A DNA stretch of 64,000 bases. Origin: a virus. This document shows positions 44,301-54,646 of the stretch, piece after piece. The notes under the pieces were generated by a model. It was given only the letters and a program-made list of their open reading frames with translations, did not search any database and had not been told where the DNA came from. A program made the position numbers and the translations under genes. Position 1 is the first letter of the stretch; each line of letters opens with the position of its first letter. The stretch is from the IMG/VR virus record IMGVR_UViG_3300036892_000014, positions 1-64,000 of that record. One strand, 5' to 3'.

Positions 44301-47244
44301 AGCCGAAGGAATCAAGCCAGTCAACCCCTCGCTCGAAGAAAAGCCCGAGCTAACGCACCGCAAGACTCCGCAAGGTGGGGAAGTTAGCCTAGACAGCGAA
44401 CAGAATGGGTTGATAAAGAACCGTGGCTGGTTGACGTATGCCAACGAGGGCGACACCGCGCACGTACGAGTATCCGACATGGACCAAGCGTTCCGTGGTC
44501 AGGGACACGGACAGAAGATGTATGAGCGTGCTGCGGACGAGGCTCGTGCAAATGGCTCGAAGGTTCTAGCCAGCGACGTGCCCGACCAGATGTCTACGGA
44601 TGCTGTCCGCGTCTGGGACAAGCTATCTGAGAAGCACCCAGGCGAGATCGAGAAGACGCCGACGGGATACCGTTGGAACCTAGAAGCGAAGCCTGAGATC
44701 AAGCCAGAGAATCCTGCGCTAAGCGATTATCAAGTTCCAACTAGAAAACATTTAAGTACACCAGATGAGGCGTCGAACCCTGGTGCAACAGTAAAAACCA
44801 TGCAGCACGAGTTGGGTCACTACATGGTCGGGCACAATGAGGGCTTAGAAGCGAAGGGGATATTGAGGCACACTCATCCAGATGTGCCGAGCGGCACAAA
44901 TGCGGCGGTATCGTGGGACACATCTATTCTCGACCAAAACACGGGTCGAGTTAAGCCGGAAAAGGTTCCAAGCGTGGTTCGAATGGCGATGGGCGGGATT
45001 GCTCAAGATGAAATCTTAGGCATTCCGAGAGCCGAGAATCGTAACTTCAATACCAAATTCTCAATTGGTGACGGGCGTCTTGCTAGGAAAATTCTCCACG
45101 ACGCGGGCTACACACCCGAACAGATTGAACCGATGTTGCATCAGGCTATAGATGATGCAAAAGCGCACTTGACAAAGCCTGCGGTTTCTGATATTCTCAG
45201 GGAGAATGCAGGTACGAGAGAGAATGGTCTTTCGAACCAGTATCATTACAGCCCAGAACGCCTAAAGGCGATGGGAGACGAGGCAGCAAGGAGGATAGCA
45301 AATGAGCCTAACAACGGAGCAGCTATTACAGAAGGTGGCAGAGGACGTGCAGAAAATGTCGCCGGAAGAGAAGGCGAGGCTCAGGGAGCAGTTGGACAAG
45401 GAGTTCCTAAAGAAGGGATAAAGCCAGAGAATCCTGCGCTATCCAATGAAGATTTACAACGTGGCTTGAAAGAGACTACCACAGGCAACCCCGACCACGA
45501 TCAGATGATTCGAAACGCTGGCGGAATTCCTGCGGGCAACATGGGCGGCAAGCTGCCACTGTATCACGACCCGACATCTGGTTCAACGCTCGCCACAGAA
45601 GCGCACAACATGAGTGAGGCAGAGGTTCGCAGAAATTTACACGAATCTAGAGCAGCGTTTGCGCCGCAGAATGCCGTCGCAGAACAAGCGAAGTCTGGCG
45701 GCTTCAGTTTCAACCCGAAGGACGGTAGCGTCCCGAAGGACGGATACATGGTTGAGACCCATCTCGACCGCGGCAAGGACCTAGGTCACCCTCCGACAAC
45801 GGACGACATCAAACAGTTTATCGCAGACAATAAGGACGTTCTGGACAAGAATCCGAACCTCCACGTCGGCGGTTGGGGTAACACGCTAGGAATCTCAGAA
45901 CGTATCGCTGACCAAGATGCTGCAATCAAGGCAGGCACAGACAGGAATCAGAAGGCTATCTTCGACGTGAAGAGCGGCAAGGACATCCAGACAGGCGGTA
46001 CGGGCGCAGTGCCGATCAAACCCGCGAACCCAGCGCTTTCGAAGGCTCAGTACCCAGAAAATCCAGAGGGATTTGAGAATATCCACCCCGACTTGTTGAA
46101 GAGCATGGAGCCGGACGAGAAGGAATTCGTAAAGGGTGACAAGCGTAAGCAGACTGCAATCGAAAAGTCTTACAATGACATCAAGCCTACCATCGATGAA
46201 ACCAAGGCAGCCATGCAAGCGGGTGGTGCTCTGGGCGGTTGGTGGCAGAGATTCATGGACACGTTCAAGGCACTCGGCGAGCCCACAGAGGCCGCGAAGA
46301 TCGAGCAACTCGGCCCAGAGCATGCGGAGGCTTTGAAGGCTTGGCACTCAGCGGTATCGGGTAACAAATCAGTCTCGGACGCTAATAGAACTGCATGGGG
46401 CACCTACGCCGACTGGCTAGACCAGGGTCGCCCGAAGGATCGCGAATCAATTAACAAGATCGTTGCGGCGAATGGGAAGCCAAAAGGCAATGCTGCAATA
46501 TCAGATACCATCAAGAACGGTAAGGTCATCAACAAGGGATTGGATACGACGAAGCTGCACAGCTTAATCAACTCTCCGCAGATGCGCGACGTGAATCCTG
46601 AGCCGTTTCACGGCGGTATATTCAATCCGAACAACCCGAGTCCAATAGCGGGTGTGTCGAACGGTGCTAGGAAGATTCCGTCAATGGGCGCTACCGTAGC
46701 TGGCGAGGGAAACCTGAATCGCTTGGTGCTCGACGCTCACATGCTCGACTTTTACGGCGAGAACGGTTGGACGGATAATAAGTACATTGCGCATTCTATT
46801 CACCTTCGTCAGGCTGCCGAGGAACTAGGCTTGAAGGCTGGAGAAGGGCAAGAGCAGATATGGGGCACTGTTCTAGGTATTAAGAAGTTGTTACGTGAGG
46901 GTGTGCCTACTAGCGACATACCGCACGAGCTAACAAATGATGTTGTAAATTCTATCGGAAAGGACTATGCTGATATCATCAGGGAAGACCCAGAGCTGAA
47001 TACGATATTTGAACAGCTCAAGAAGCATGGGATCGACCCGGGAGGCACACGTGCTCAATCAAGACTCGCAGAAATTACCAACAAGCCAGCAGTTAAAGAA
47101 ACGGGAGCTAATCAAGACCTTCTTACAAATGTTGCTGAAAGAATCAAAGGAAGGCTCAAGAACCTCCCAGAAGCCGACGACTCCAGCTTCAACTTTGGAG
47201 CAAACGTAAAGTCGAAGGCAGGACTCGCTGCGCTCAGGCATTAA
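41302..47244 (+). CDS. large polyvalent ejection protein (metallopeptidase-like x2, GNAT, glycosylase-like)
   Basis: HDMAH and HELGH motifs, FRGQGHG acetyl-CoA motif, LVLDAHM...GQEQIW. Confidence 0.75.
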   Translation: MAQDWFAQNAPTATATAPAPQAQPAAPAPAQAASAPAGGDWFTKNAPKPQAAQANVEGAPTHILEGGVIKRFGERLGQSLGMPTNQAELQAAAPTTGDYAELATGTKPLIDAGKMLYNYGKTALQGAHEAGQEIGEAGTNIAEGGPVGANIGKAAGGVLHGALSAVPFVGAPLEQAGVDVHAGNYAGTIGGMLGVLAQIEGPHAVDEVLQSRAVKLAETNHASAEAQHNIRVKELDTHLNQAQAASAAADQAVAAEQAGTGTRQQTIDAKNYASEAAAQAKKSQQALAEATVAKNTAAYERDKVVRKTVDDVQKSKPVVDQKQTKAQAGALEDSMKSAPPAANGPAAYTVDDAKIARGYEEQEHAKKPVTTIQGRAEALQNISDRIDDRVGEYVQDYANEPISTNVNMDVRGELAKSPKADFVEKGMAELENWNLTDPSMAEAQKLVTDLNAENRATLKKNFWDVATALKVDPAFAARQAALDSLRKGIDGTLVDHGVDGVRQLRNDQASIIRVKSAVEKQALNGDQVVRGSGQAGRLRNFAARSADKVGAVGGGISGGVAGAAYGPAASVYGIISGARMGEELGRWVGKKIQPGDVTRDALIERSNKTTGAGRAITDIKDNNARPSNPPGFPTPPAPTDALSQRDILQIQREQSPLHGELATHLNKSVNDPKASYAALEKQFMDDYEDKVRNGVKIEPADKQLFGKINQQDLSDNQAVQKMQQEQAEKVAAGQKLLPTATLPENAEPAMQMRGRMQKGMNTQNALVHDMAHAVVADEIMGDKLPSLGINSHLHPENAGTSAVATAAFDWSKFVDEDGNMDPKKFAPAIDDLATVFVSGGIANDLFHDIPFTENHHLGADLHILRRLMNAIDIDKPTQQAIVTRAGQRAAEILSRPGVEDVLHEHAAVREPGLDSHMHVSPERMQQIIQDVKGGDNEVGNEPASGNGKPNRNPEQGAEERRGKGAAEGAKAATKDDVGKVVGKEREGSAEGTGKETGSKQAEGIKPVNPSLEEKPELTHRKTPQGGEVSLDSEQNGLIKNRGWLTYANEGDTAHVRVSDMDQAFRGQGHGQKMYERAADEARANGSKVLASDVPDQMSTDAVRVWDKLSEKHPGEIEKTPTGYRWNLEAKPEIKPENPALSDYQVPTRKHLSTPDEASNPGATVKTMQHELGHYMVGHNEGLEAKGILRHTHPDVPSGTNAAVSWDTSILDQNTGRVKPEKVPSVVRMAMGGIAQDEILGIPRAENRNFNTKFSIGDGRLARKILHDAGYTPEQIEPMLHQAIDDAKAHLTKPAVSDILRENAGTRENGLSNQYHYSPERLKAMGDEAARRIANEPNNGAAITEGGRGRAENVAGREGEAQGAVGQGVPKEGIKPENPALSNEDLQRGLKETTTGNPDHDQMIRNAGGIPAGNMGGKLPLYHDPTSGSTLATEAHNMSEAEVRRNLHESRAAFAPQNAVAEQAKSGGFSFNPKDGSVPKDGYMVETHLDRGKDLGHPPTTDDIKQFIADNKDVLDKNPNLHVGGWGNTLGISERIADQDAAIKAGTDRNQKAIFDVKSGKDIQTGGTGAVPIKPANPALSKAQYPENPEGFENIHPDLLKSMEPDEKEFVKGDKRKQTAIEKSYNDIKPTIDETKAAMQAGGALGGWWQRFMDTFKALGEPTEAAKIEQLGPEHAEALKAWHSAVSGNKSVSDANRTAWGTYADWLDQGRPKDRESINKIVAANGKPKGNAAISDTIKNGKVINKGLDTTKLHSLINSPQMRDVNPEPFHGGIFNPNNPSPIAGVSNGARKIPSMGATVAGEGNLNRLVLDAHMLDFYGENGWTDNKYIAHSIHLRQAAEELGLKAGEGQEQIWGTVLGIKKLLREGVPTSDIPHELTNDVVNSIGKDYADIIREDPELNTIFEQLKKHGIDPGGTRAQSRLAEITNKPAVKETGANQDLLTNVAERIKGRLKNLPEADDSSFNFGANVKSKAGLAALRH

Positions 47245-47303
47245 AACTTAAATCTTCTTCAGGGCGTCCGTAGTTCGGGCGCTCGTTGTATTTTCGGAGC
47301 ACT

Positions 47304-48083
47304 ATGTACAGCACAAAGATAATTCTGGAAATTCAGGACAAAATCGGAGAGTACGTCGTCATCGAGAAGGATTCTCATGACTATGACGGTCCAGTCGATC
47401 TGTGCTGCGGACCATCTGGCTCGGAAGAAAACATAGCGAATCAGCAAGCAGGACTCGGCAGCGCCCTGACTGGTTATCTGAATTCGAGCTTCGCCAACCA
47501 GCAAGATGTCTTGTCTAATTTGAATTCACAGCTTAACCCAATCCTGGCGCAGGGGCCATCACAGGCTGGATTCTCCCCGACCGAAACTGCACAACTAAAT
47601 ACACAGAATATTAACTCTAATGCAGCGGCAGCATCTAATGCAGAACGCAGCGTTGATTCTAAGTTGGCAGGACAGGGCGGGGGGCAGAACGGAGTTTCTA
47701 GTGGCATCAAGAATCAGATCGACGCCAGTCTAGCGTCTACGGCTGCGGGCAATACGGCAGCAGGCCAGACACAGATCGGGCTCGCTAGTGAAGCGCAAGG
47801 GAACGCGAACTGGAAGACTGCGGCTGCGGGCTTGAACGCTCTTGGGCAGCAGTATGGAAGTTCGGCACAGACCTTCGGTGGACAAGCTGATACAGCAGAA
47901 GCTAATGCATTCGGTTCAGCTAACCAGATTCAAACACAGAAGAATCAAGAGCAGGCGGACATTGCTGGCGCAGTTACAAGTTTGCCAGGTATGATTGCCC
48001 CAGGGGCGGGCATGCTGTCAGCAGGTATATCAGCGTTGAGCCCGAATGCCGATACCGGATTCTTAGACGCTATTGCCGGTTAG
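47304..48083 (+). CDS. putative DNA ejection protein
   Basis: Gly/Ala/Asn/Gln-rich; GGAG RBS before ATG 47304. Confidence 0.6.
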   Translation: MYSTKIILEIQDKIGEYVVIEKDSHDYDGPVDLCCGPSGSEENIANQQAGLGSALTGYLNSSFANQQDVLSNLNSQLNPILAQGPSQAGFSPTETAQLNTQNINSNAAAASNAERSVDSKLAGQGGGQNGVSSGIKNQIDASLASTAAGNTAAGQTQIGLASEAQGNANWKTAAAGLNALGQQYGSSAQTFGGQADTAEANAFGSANQIQTQKNQEQADIAGAVTSLPGMIAPGAGMLSAGISALSPNADTGFLDAIAG

Positions 48084-48095
48084 CAAGGAAGCTAA

Positions 48096-49043
48096 ATGAG
48101 TTTACTAAATAATTTATCAACGAGTGTAGCATTTTCCAAGCCATTTCTTGCGGGCGTATCTCTCTTCGCATGGAACAACTCGGAACCTGCGTGCAGCGTC
48201 CAGCAGTTGGTACGCAATATAATTCTAGGTGCCCCGTATATATGGCCATGGAATCGCTCAAATTTTCCACTGACTATCACAACCGCCAACCAAGATTATC
48301 CAGTCTCTATTCCAAATTTCGGATTCTTAGAGAAGGGTTCGCTTCAAGACAGCACAGGAAAATTCTATCAAATTCCGACCGTGTATAATACAACTGGGTT
48401 GGCTGTAAGTACGACCAAGGCCCGTCCTATGACGATATCGATAGAAACAAATGATGGGAATGGGAATCTCTTACTGCGTTTCAGTGCCGTACCCGACCAA
48501 AGTTATACCGTAAATCTTGTCTATCTGAGGGCATCTGCGCCCGAGGGCATCGGTGTTCAGCCAAATGGAATCGCCAGTGCAGCAGCCGCATCACAGGGGA
48601 ATACGGCCTATACAGGTTCATTTAACCCCGCGGCGCTTCCTGCGTTGTCATACACAGTCATATCTGGATTTGTCAACGCGGGGAACAACGGAACATTTGT
48701 GATCGTCTCCTGCTCAGCTACAACACTAGTCGTAGCCAATGAGAATGGTGTTGTGGAAACGCCGCTTACCACGGCAAGTGCATTTCCAAATGCATGGGCT
48801 CCGATTCCAGATCAATTCTCGGATATCTTCAACCCACTGTTTTTGGCAGAAATGGCTGCACCCTATGACCCGCAATTATCCGCGGAGTACCGTAAGCGTG
48901 GTATGGCGGCATTGATCGCACGTCAGGATGGGTTGCTAGCAACGGCGAAAAATGTATTCGCTGAAACGTCGCAAGACAAGGAAGCTGAGAAGCAGCGTGA
49001 AGCGCTTGAAGTAACTCAGGCCGTTCAGGCTCGCGGAGTTTAA
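48096..49043 (+). CDS. putative tail adaptor (tail tubular A-like)
   Basis: Paralog of 30854-32197; precedes the large tail protein. Confidence 0.6.
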   Translation: MSLLNNLSTSVAFSKPFLAGVSLFAWNNSEPACSVQQLVRNIILGAPYIWPWNRSNFPLTITTANQDYPVSIPNFGFLEKGSLQDSTGKFYQIPTVYNTTGLAVSTTKARPMTISIETNDGNGNLLLRFSAVPDQSYTVNLVYLRASAPEGIGVQPNGIASAAAASQGNTAYTGSFNPAALPALSYTVISGFVNAGNNGTFVIVSCSATTLVVANENGVVETPLTTASAFPNAWAPIPDQFSDIFNPLFLAEMAAPYDPQLSAEYRKRGMAALIARQDGLLATAKNVFAETSQDKEAEKQREALEVTQAVQARGV

Positions 49044-52000
49044 ATGGGACAGCAACTATTTGGAAAGGAAGGGGCGCAAACAGGGAAGGGGCCGAAGTGG
49101 ACTCCTCTGCTTGCGGACAGACTCTTCACAGGTTTGTTCACGAATCGTGCGCCGCTCGGGGACACTGCGGATTCGTTTGCTGCGAAGCTTTACTATGGCG
49201 GACGCAAAGATACATTGTGGGATGACGGAACCGGAGACTATTCTAAGAACGTAGAACTCACAAATAAGTTGACGCTGCAACGACGTTTCGGACTTTCTGA
49301 ATTTTCTAGTTTCTTGTATCCGACACCTCCTAATCGAGCATATAGGTTCGAACTATCTACCGGAGATATTCAGGTAATCATTGATACTCCGTCTGGTGTG
49401 TATTGGGATCAGCAAGACGGTAATGTCGTATTATTGTATTCAAAGGTTGGCGCACCGATCACAGCGGATGCCCTTTTCGCGGGGTTGCCGGGGAATCCTG
49501 CGGTAGCAGTCGTTTCCGCTGCGAATGATTTTGAGAACGGGCAGAGGGTTTACCTCAGCGGCACTATAAACGGAAGCGGTGAACTAAACGGGTGGCAGAC
49601 GGTACTTATCGCAAACCCAGTAACCGGGCAGTTTCAGTTCGATTTTCCTGTTACAGGCGATATAGAATATTTTAATGGGACGCCCGATGTGGGTTTTGTT
49701 AGCACGTCAGGGCCTGCTTATTTTCAGTCTGTGGGCGATATTCTTTATATCGGAGATGGGCCCAACCTTTACGCCTATACCCCGTTGAACACGAACGTTT
49801 CCGGCATAGGAAATAATCAAATTTGGCTATGGGGTATCCAACCTCCAACGAACCAACCACTTTTGACAGTTACGCCATCTGGTAGCGCTGCTGTTGCATG
49901 GCAGGCGGATACCGCATTTACGACCATGGGTCTAGTTATCGACGCGGGCGCGGGTGGTACAGGTGATATCTTTCAATTAGTCAATGTGAACGCTGCATTG
50001 ACAAATTCTACACAGTTCGCGACGACGGGAAACGGTCAGCCAGCATGGAACCAAATTCCGGGCGGGACAACTACAGATAACACCATCACATGGACGAACA
50101 AGGGACCTATCGTCGCCTGGACTCCGGACACTGCGTACAACAATGCGACTCTCGGTGGAACTTTGGCGCAACCTTGTATTATTTACGATCCAGGTTGTTC
50201 CGCATGCTATATTTCAACCAGTTCATCGGTGGGAACCAGCAGCCAAAATAAACCAAAATTCACTGGGGCATTTGGCCAAAAGATTTTAGATGGAACGGAC
50301 TTTAGCGGTGTCTTCTGGTTCTGCCTGGGCTCGCCGAAGATTATGGGAATCTGGCAGCCAAGTACGGCATATCCTGCGCTCGGTTCTGTTCATGATAACG
50401 ACTCAGTCTCGGGTATTTCCGAACCCGTTGGCCCTGTTGCTGCGGGCATCGGCGGCGCAACGCCTCAGCAAATTTTCTGGCAGACATCAGCGGGCGGAAC
50501 ATCGGGCACGGGTGGCACGGGTCCGTTTCAAATGGGGACGGCGGTGGGCACGCTTACGACTGACAACAATAACATTCAGTGGCTGGCGTTAGGAAGCCCG
50601 ACATGGACAGCCGGTCGCACCATCTTGGGCTACACGACCTTCGGCGCAGTCTTCACTGCGATCAAGGACTCTAACGGAAACTTCCAGGTCGCGCTGACTT
50701 CAGGAACGGCGGGAACGGTGCAGCCGGTATGGCTGACGGAATACGGTCAGGTCACGACCGAGACAGGCGGAACGCTTGTCCAGTGGGTTAACGTTGGTCC
50801 TAGCATGAACTGGGTAGCGTCTACAATCTTCTACCTACCAGTCGGGGGCTTTGCTCCTCCAACGGGTGCAGGCGCAGGAACGGATAACCCGTACCCCGGT
50901 TCAATCGTAGTTGATACGAACGGGAACCTACAAGCGGTAATAGCTTCTGGCGTCAGTGCAGGCTCTCACCCAGTTTGGGCAACCATCTTAAACAATTCAA
51001 CAACGGATGGTACAATCACATGGCGAATGGTCGGAACACAGTCTGTGGAAAGTCTTTCTTGGCTTACATCGCATACCTGGGCAGTAAGTTACAAGGCACG
51101 TTCGACTGACGATTATTACTCAACCAAATTGACCACGACGAGCGCAACAGGTGTTAGCACGACTGCGCTACCGATTCCACCAGGACGTAAGCAACCGCTA
51201 CCAGCAATCACAGGTTCAGGGACGGGAGATATTTCATCTGCATCTCCAGTTACAACACTGACAGGAGCAAATGCAGGAGCAGTCGTACAACTTCAAATTC
51301 TAGGCAGCACGAACCCAGCCGTTGACACGATTGTAATCTGGCGCGATGCGGATGGCGGCGGTCTCGATAATATGTTTGAGTTAACCGAAATTCCGAACGT
51401 ACCGCCAATTAACGGTGTAGCACAATTCGCTTATTTCAATGACTACTTGCCAGATATTCCGACGACAGTCAGTGGAGTATTGTTGCCCGGATTGGACAAT
51501 CTAAGTCCAGCTCCGATTGACGATGTGAACGATCCGCCTCCTGCGGGCTATCTCCCGATGGCGTTCTACTATGAGCGCATCTGGGGGTCGGTAGGAAATA
51601 CCGCTTACATTTCTGGCGGCCCAGACACCTTGGTGGGTAATCCGAATTCTTGCTTTAATCCGTCGGACAATTTCTCATTCTCAAGTCAAATTACGAGAAT
51701 TCAACCGAATCCGTCTGTGATGCTTTGCTTCACTACGTCCGATATAGACGGTGTTTATGGCGGCCCGCAGACTGCGTCATTTTACCCGGGCAATGTATCA
51801 CCTGGTATCGGGTTACGCTCATTCAATGCATTGGACACGTACGGTGGGGAAGTTTACTTCTTCAGTTCTGGAAGGCAGTTCATGACACTGTCTCCGAATC
51901 TAAGCGTTGCTGAACTAGGATTTCCGGTTCAAAATGTTCTAGCAAATATTGACCCGACTAATGCATATGTTGCGGTTCTGCAAGCAGAGGGAGATAACTC

Positions 52001-53339
52001 AATCTACGTGGGTACTGGCTTGAGTCCTTCTGCCGTTGGAATCGGAACGATTACGCCGGGAACAGATGCGCTAAAGGCTGCCCTAGGAATTGCGGCAACT
52101 TACGCGTTACTAGCAGCCGCAGGCATCACGAATTCGGGTGCCACATTAATCACAGGCGGAAATATCGGCTCATTCCCGACCACGAGCATCACGGGATTCG
52201 TCGGAAGCAACTTCACTCCACCTGCGACAACGGACAATACAGATGCTGCGGCAGCCCAGACGGCAGCATTAAGTGTATACAATTTGTATTCTGGGTTGAC
52301 GTTCGTATCGTTGAGCGCGTCATCCGCTGATTTGTCTGTTCTAGGTAACGGAGCTACGGCTTCGACTTATAATGCAGGAAATTACTCAGCGGGAACGAGT
52401 ATGGATATTCCTACAAGCATCACGCTAGACGCTCAAGGCAACCCAAACGCAGTCTTTGTATTCAAGGCTGGTAGCACGTTGGTTCTAGAGAGCGGGGCAT
52501 CAATCATCTTAGCCAATGGCGCTCAAGCTGAAAACGTTGTGTGGCTCGTGGGCAGTTCAGCCACGACTGTAGGCACCGTAGGCGTATTCAATGGAAACAT
52601 TCTAGCTAACACGAGCATCAGTCTCGGCGGTGGAACCTTGAACGGTCGTGCTCTAGCAGGCATCGTAACCAGTTCGGGGGCAATCACTATCGCGACAGCT
52701 ACAAATATCACGGTTCCGAGTATCGCTACGGTATTGACTCCTGGTGGAGGAACCGGAACAGGTTGGTACAGATTAAATCCTCGCCAGATGCCCGAGCAGA
52801 CTGCGGTATGGTCTCCGTTTGCTGCGCCGGTCACGGGTTGCAAGATGCTTCAGACGATTGAAATATCCACTGGCGTGCATAAACTTCTAGTCGGCAGTAC
52901 ATTAGTCAATGAGCCAATTGGGGAGCGCAACACATCAATATTCACCGATCTAGGCGCATCTTATCCTTCATACTTCACAATCGGTTCTCTAGTGTTGTGT
53001 CCGCCGTCGCAGATTGCCGTTCTCGGTTTCATTGAGGGTGATTATGCTGCGCTAGGCGATCATCCACAGGTCAGTGTTCTTTTGAATGAAGTCTCGGGGG
53101 ATTTCACGAACGTGCCATTTACAGGAATCTATGATTCTCCATCGGTCTACGGAGACAGTGGAACCATAATTCCTACAAGCTATTATCCGCTGCGCTATGA
53201 ATTTAGCGGCATCTTAGATGATAACACCGAACCTAGGGTAGCTCGTCACTTGATGATGCAGTTTGATTTTGGCGTCCAGCCCGTAGGTTCAGAACTTTGG
53301 GATTTCACTTTGTATGGGCATGTCATGCAGGAAAAGTAA
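49044..53339 (+). CDS. tail tubular B / nozzle-like protein with inserted DUF3494 ice-binding domain
   Basis: YYERIWG-type propeller blades, WT-rich repeats, DUF3494 at about 52083-52715. Confidence 0.75.
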   Translation: MGQQLFGKEGAQTGKGPKWTPLLADRLFTGLFTNRAPLGDTADSFAAKLYYGGRKDTLWDDGTGDYSKNVELTNKLTLQRRFGLSEFSSFLYPTPPNRAYRFELSTGDIQVIIDTPSGVYWDQQDGNVVLLYSKVGAPITADALFAGLPGNPAVAVVSAANDFENGQRVYLSGTINGSGELNGWQTVLIANPVTGQFQFDFPVTGDIEYFNGTPDVGFVSTSGPAYFQSVGDILYIGDGPNLYAYTPLNTNVSGIGNNQIWLWGIQPPTNQPLLTVTPSGSAAVAWQADTAFTTMGLVIDAGAGGTGDIFQLVNVNAALTNSTQFATTGNGQPAWNQIPGGTTTDNTITWTNKGPIVAWTPDTAYNNATLGGTLAQPCIIYDPGCSACYISTSSSVGTSSQNKPKFTGAFGQKILDGTDFSGVFWFCLGSPKIMGIWQPSTAYPALGSVHDNDSVSGISEPVGPVAAGIGGATPQQIFWQTSAGGTSGTGGTGPFQMGTAVGTLTTDNNNIQWLALGSPTWTAGRTILGYTTFGAVFTAIKDSNGNFQVALTSGTAGTVQPVWLTEYGQVTTETGGTLVQWVNVGPSMNWVASTIFYLPVGGFAPPTGAGAGTDNPYPGSIVVDTNGNLQAVIASGVSAGSHPVWATILNNSTTDGTITWRMVGTQSVESLSWLTSHTWAVSYKARSTDDYYSTKLTTTSATGVSTTALPIPPGRKQPLPAITGSGTGDISSASPVTTLTGANAGAVVQLQILGSTNPAVDTIVIWRDADGGGLDNMFELTEIPNVPPINGVAQFAYFNDYLPDIPTTVSGVLLPGLDNLSPAPIDDVNDPPPAGYLPMAFYYERIWGSVGNTAYISGGPDTLVGNPNSCFNPSDNFSFSSQITRIQPNPSVMLCFTTSDIDGVYGGPQTASFYPGNVSPGIGLRSFNALDTYGGEVYFFSSGRQFMTLSPNLSVAELGFPVQNVLANIDPTNAYVAVLQAEGDNSIYVGTGLSPSAVGIGTITPGTDALKAALGIAATYALLAAAGITNSGATLITGGNIGSFPTTSITGFVGSNFTPPATTDNTDAAAAQTAALSVYNLYSGLTFVSLSASSADLSVLGNGATASTYNAGNYSAGTSMDIPTSITLDAQGNPNAVFVFKAGSTLVLESGASIILANGAQAENVVWLVGSSATTVGTVGVFNGNILANTSISLGGGTLNGRALAGIVTSSGAITIATATNITVPSIATVLTPGGGTGTGWYRLNPRQMPEQTAVWSPFAAPVTGCKMLQTIEISTGVHKLLVGSTLVNEPIGERNTSIFTDLGASYPSYFTIGSLVLCPPSQIAVLGFIEGDYAALGDHPQVSVLLNEVSGDFTNVPFTGIYDSPSVYGDSGTIIPTSYYPLRYEFSGILDDNTEPRVARHLMMQFDFGVQPVGSELWDFTLYGHVMQEK

Positions 53340-54638
53340 ATGACAAAGAATTCAAAACAACCACCCGATAACTATGGATTGGACCCGAAGAGATGGGAAC
53401 CCGTAGAGACGAAGGTCATTCAGCCGTTTGCTTCACAGACGACTGCGCAAATTCCCCCTCCTGCGAATGACGTTCGTCCAGACAATCTAAGAAGCAGCTT
53501 GCCATTGGCGCTAGGACTACAGTCTGATTTGGTTGCCACTCAGGCTGCTGGAGGGCCGGTAACCCGCTTGATGCCGCCCAGACCGTCCGGTGTTTCGCCG
53601 GTGAACGCTGCGACAGCTAGCACCAGCAAGCCGTTAACGCAGGCCGCGGTTGCGGGTGTCGTGGATACAATTCTACCGGGCTCTGTTTCTAAGGTCGGTG
53701 ACCCAAATTTTTATTTCGTTCGTACGAGTCTAGGAAACGGAACGAGCAAGGGCGTTGCGGACAGCCAAGCTAACAACCGTTATGCAAGGACGGCAACGCA
53801 TTCTAGTAACTTACCCTTGACCAATCCGCTCACCAGCACAGACGCTGGAACGAGTGCTACGGTTACGATTGCGCCCTACCTCTTACAGACGCCGGACACT
53901 TCTCTGAATTTTGACGGAGGCCAGGTTAGTTACTTAGGCGGAACGATTGTAGGACTTTCTTATGGTACGCTTTATTATATCTGGCAGACGCAATTACCTG
54001 AACTACCTGTGTTCTCTGGCGGCGCAACGAACTACTTCTCGTCTCTAGCCAAGGCGGCGACACTAGCCCCGGGCACGACCGAGAATTCGTCTACCAATCT
54101 TTTTGTTGGCTCGATCACAACTGCGACAATGGGCGGCGGCCCTACTGTCGGGAATGGGGATGGCGGTTCAGCGTCCAACCAGACAGGGTTGACTGCAAAC
54201 TTCGGGCCGACAACTCAGATTAATCCGTATTACACCCCTAATTATAACGCCTATGTTGGTGTAACAAATTCGGGCGGACAGACAACTATATCGAGTGCTA
54301 GCCTTCACCCGCAATCAGCCTGTGTTTGGAATGGCTTTGTTAACCCAGTGGTCGCAGTCCCATCGTCCATAACATTGAATGTAACCAGTGTGTTTACGCT
54401 TACGGGAGCCACAGGCAATGCGCAATTAGAATATTCAACTAACGCGGGAACCAGCTTCAACGTCATATACAGTGCTACAGCCAACAGAGCGACGACGACA
54501 GATCGAGTGTCTATTCCCCCAAGTACTCCGTTTGGAAATATTTACATATTGGCCCAGGCCGCGGCAACCGGGGCACTTGGGCCGGGGGATTCAGTGTTTC
54601 AACAATTAACTGCTATAAGTCTGACGGTTGTATATTAA
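53340..54638 (+). CDS. putative tail protein
   Basis: Thr/Ser/Gly-rich 432 aa. Confidence 0.65.
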   Translation: MTKNSKQPPDNYGLDPKRWEPVETKVIQPFASQTTAQIPPPANDVRPDNLRSSLPLALGLQSDLVATQAAGGPVTRLMPPRPSGVSPVNAATASTSKPLTQAAVAGVVDTILPGSVSKVGDPNFYFVRTSLGNGTSKGVADSQANNRYARTATHSSNLPLTNPLTSTDAGTSATVTIAPYLLQTPDTSLNFDGGQVSYLGGTIVGLSYGTLYYIWQTQLPELPVFSGGATNYFSSLAKAATLAPGTTENSSTNLFVGSITTATMGGGPTVGNGDGGSASNQTGLTANFGPTTQINPYYTPNYNAYVGVTNSGGQTTISSASLHPQSACVWNGFVNPVVAVPSSITLNVTSVFTLTGATGNAQLEYSTNAGTSFNVIYSATANRATTTDRVSIPPSTPFGNIYILAQAAATGALGPGDSVFQQLTAISLTVVY

Positions 54639-54646
54639 GAGGAAGC

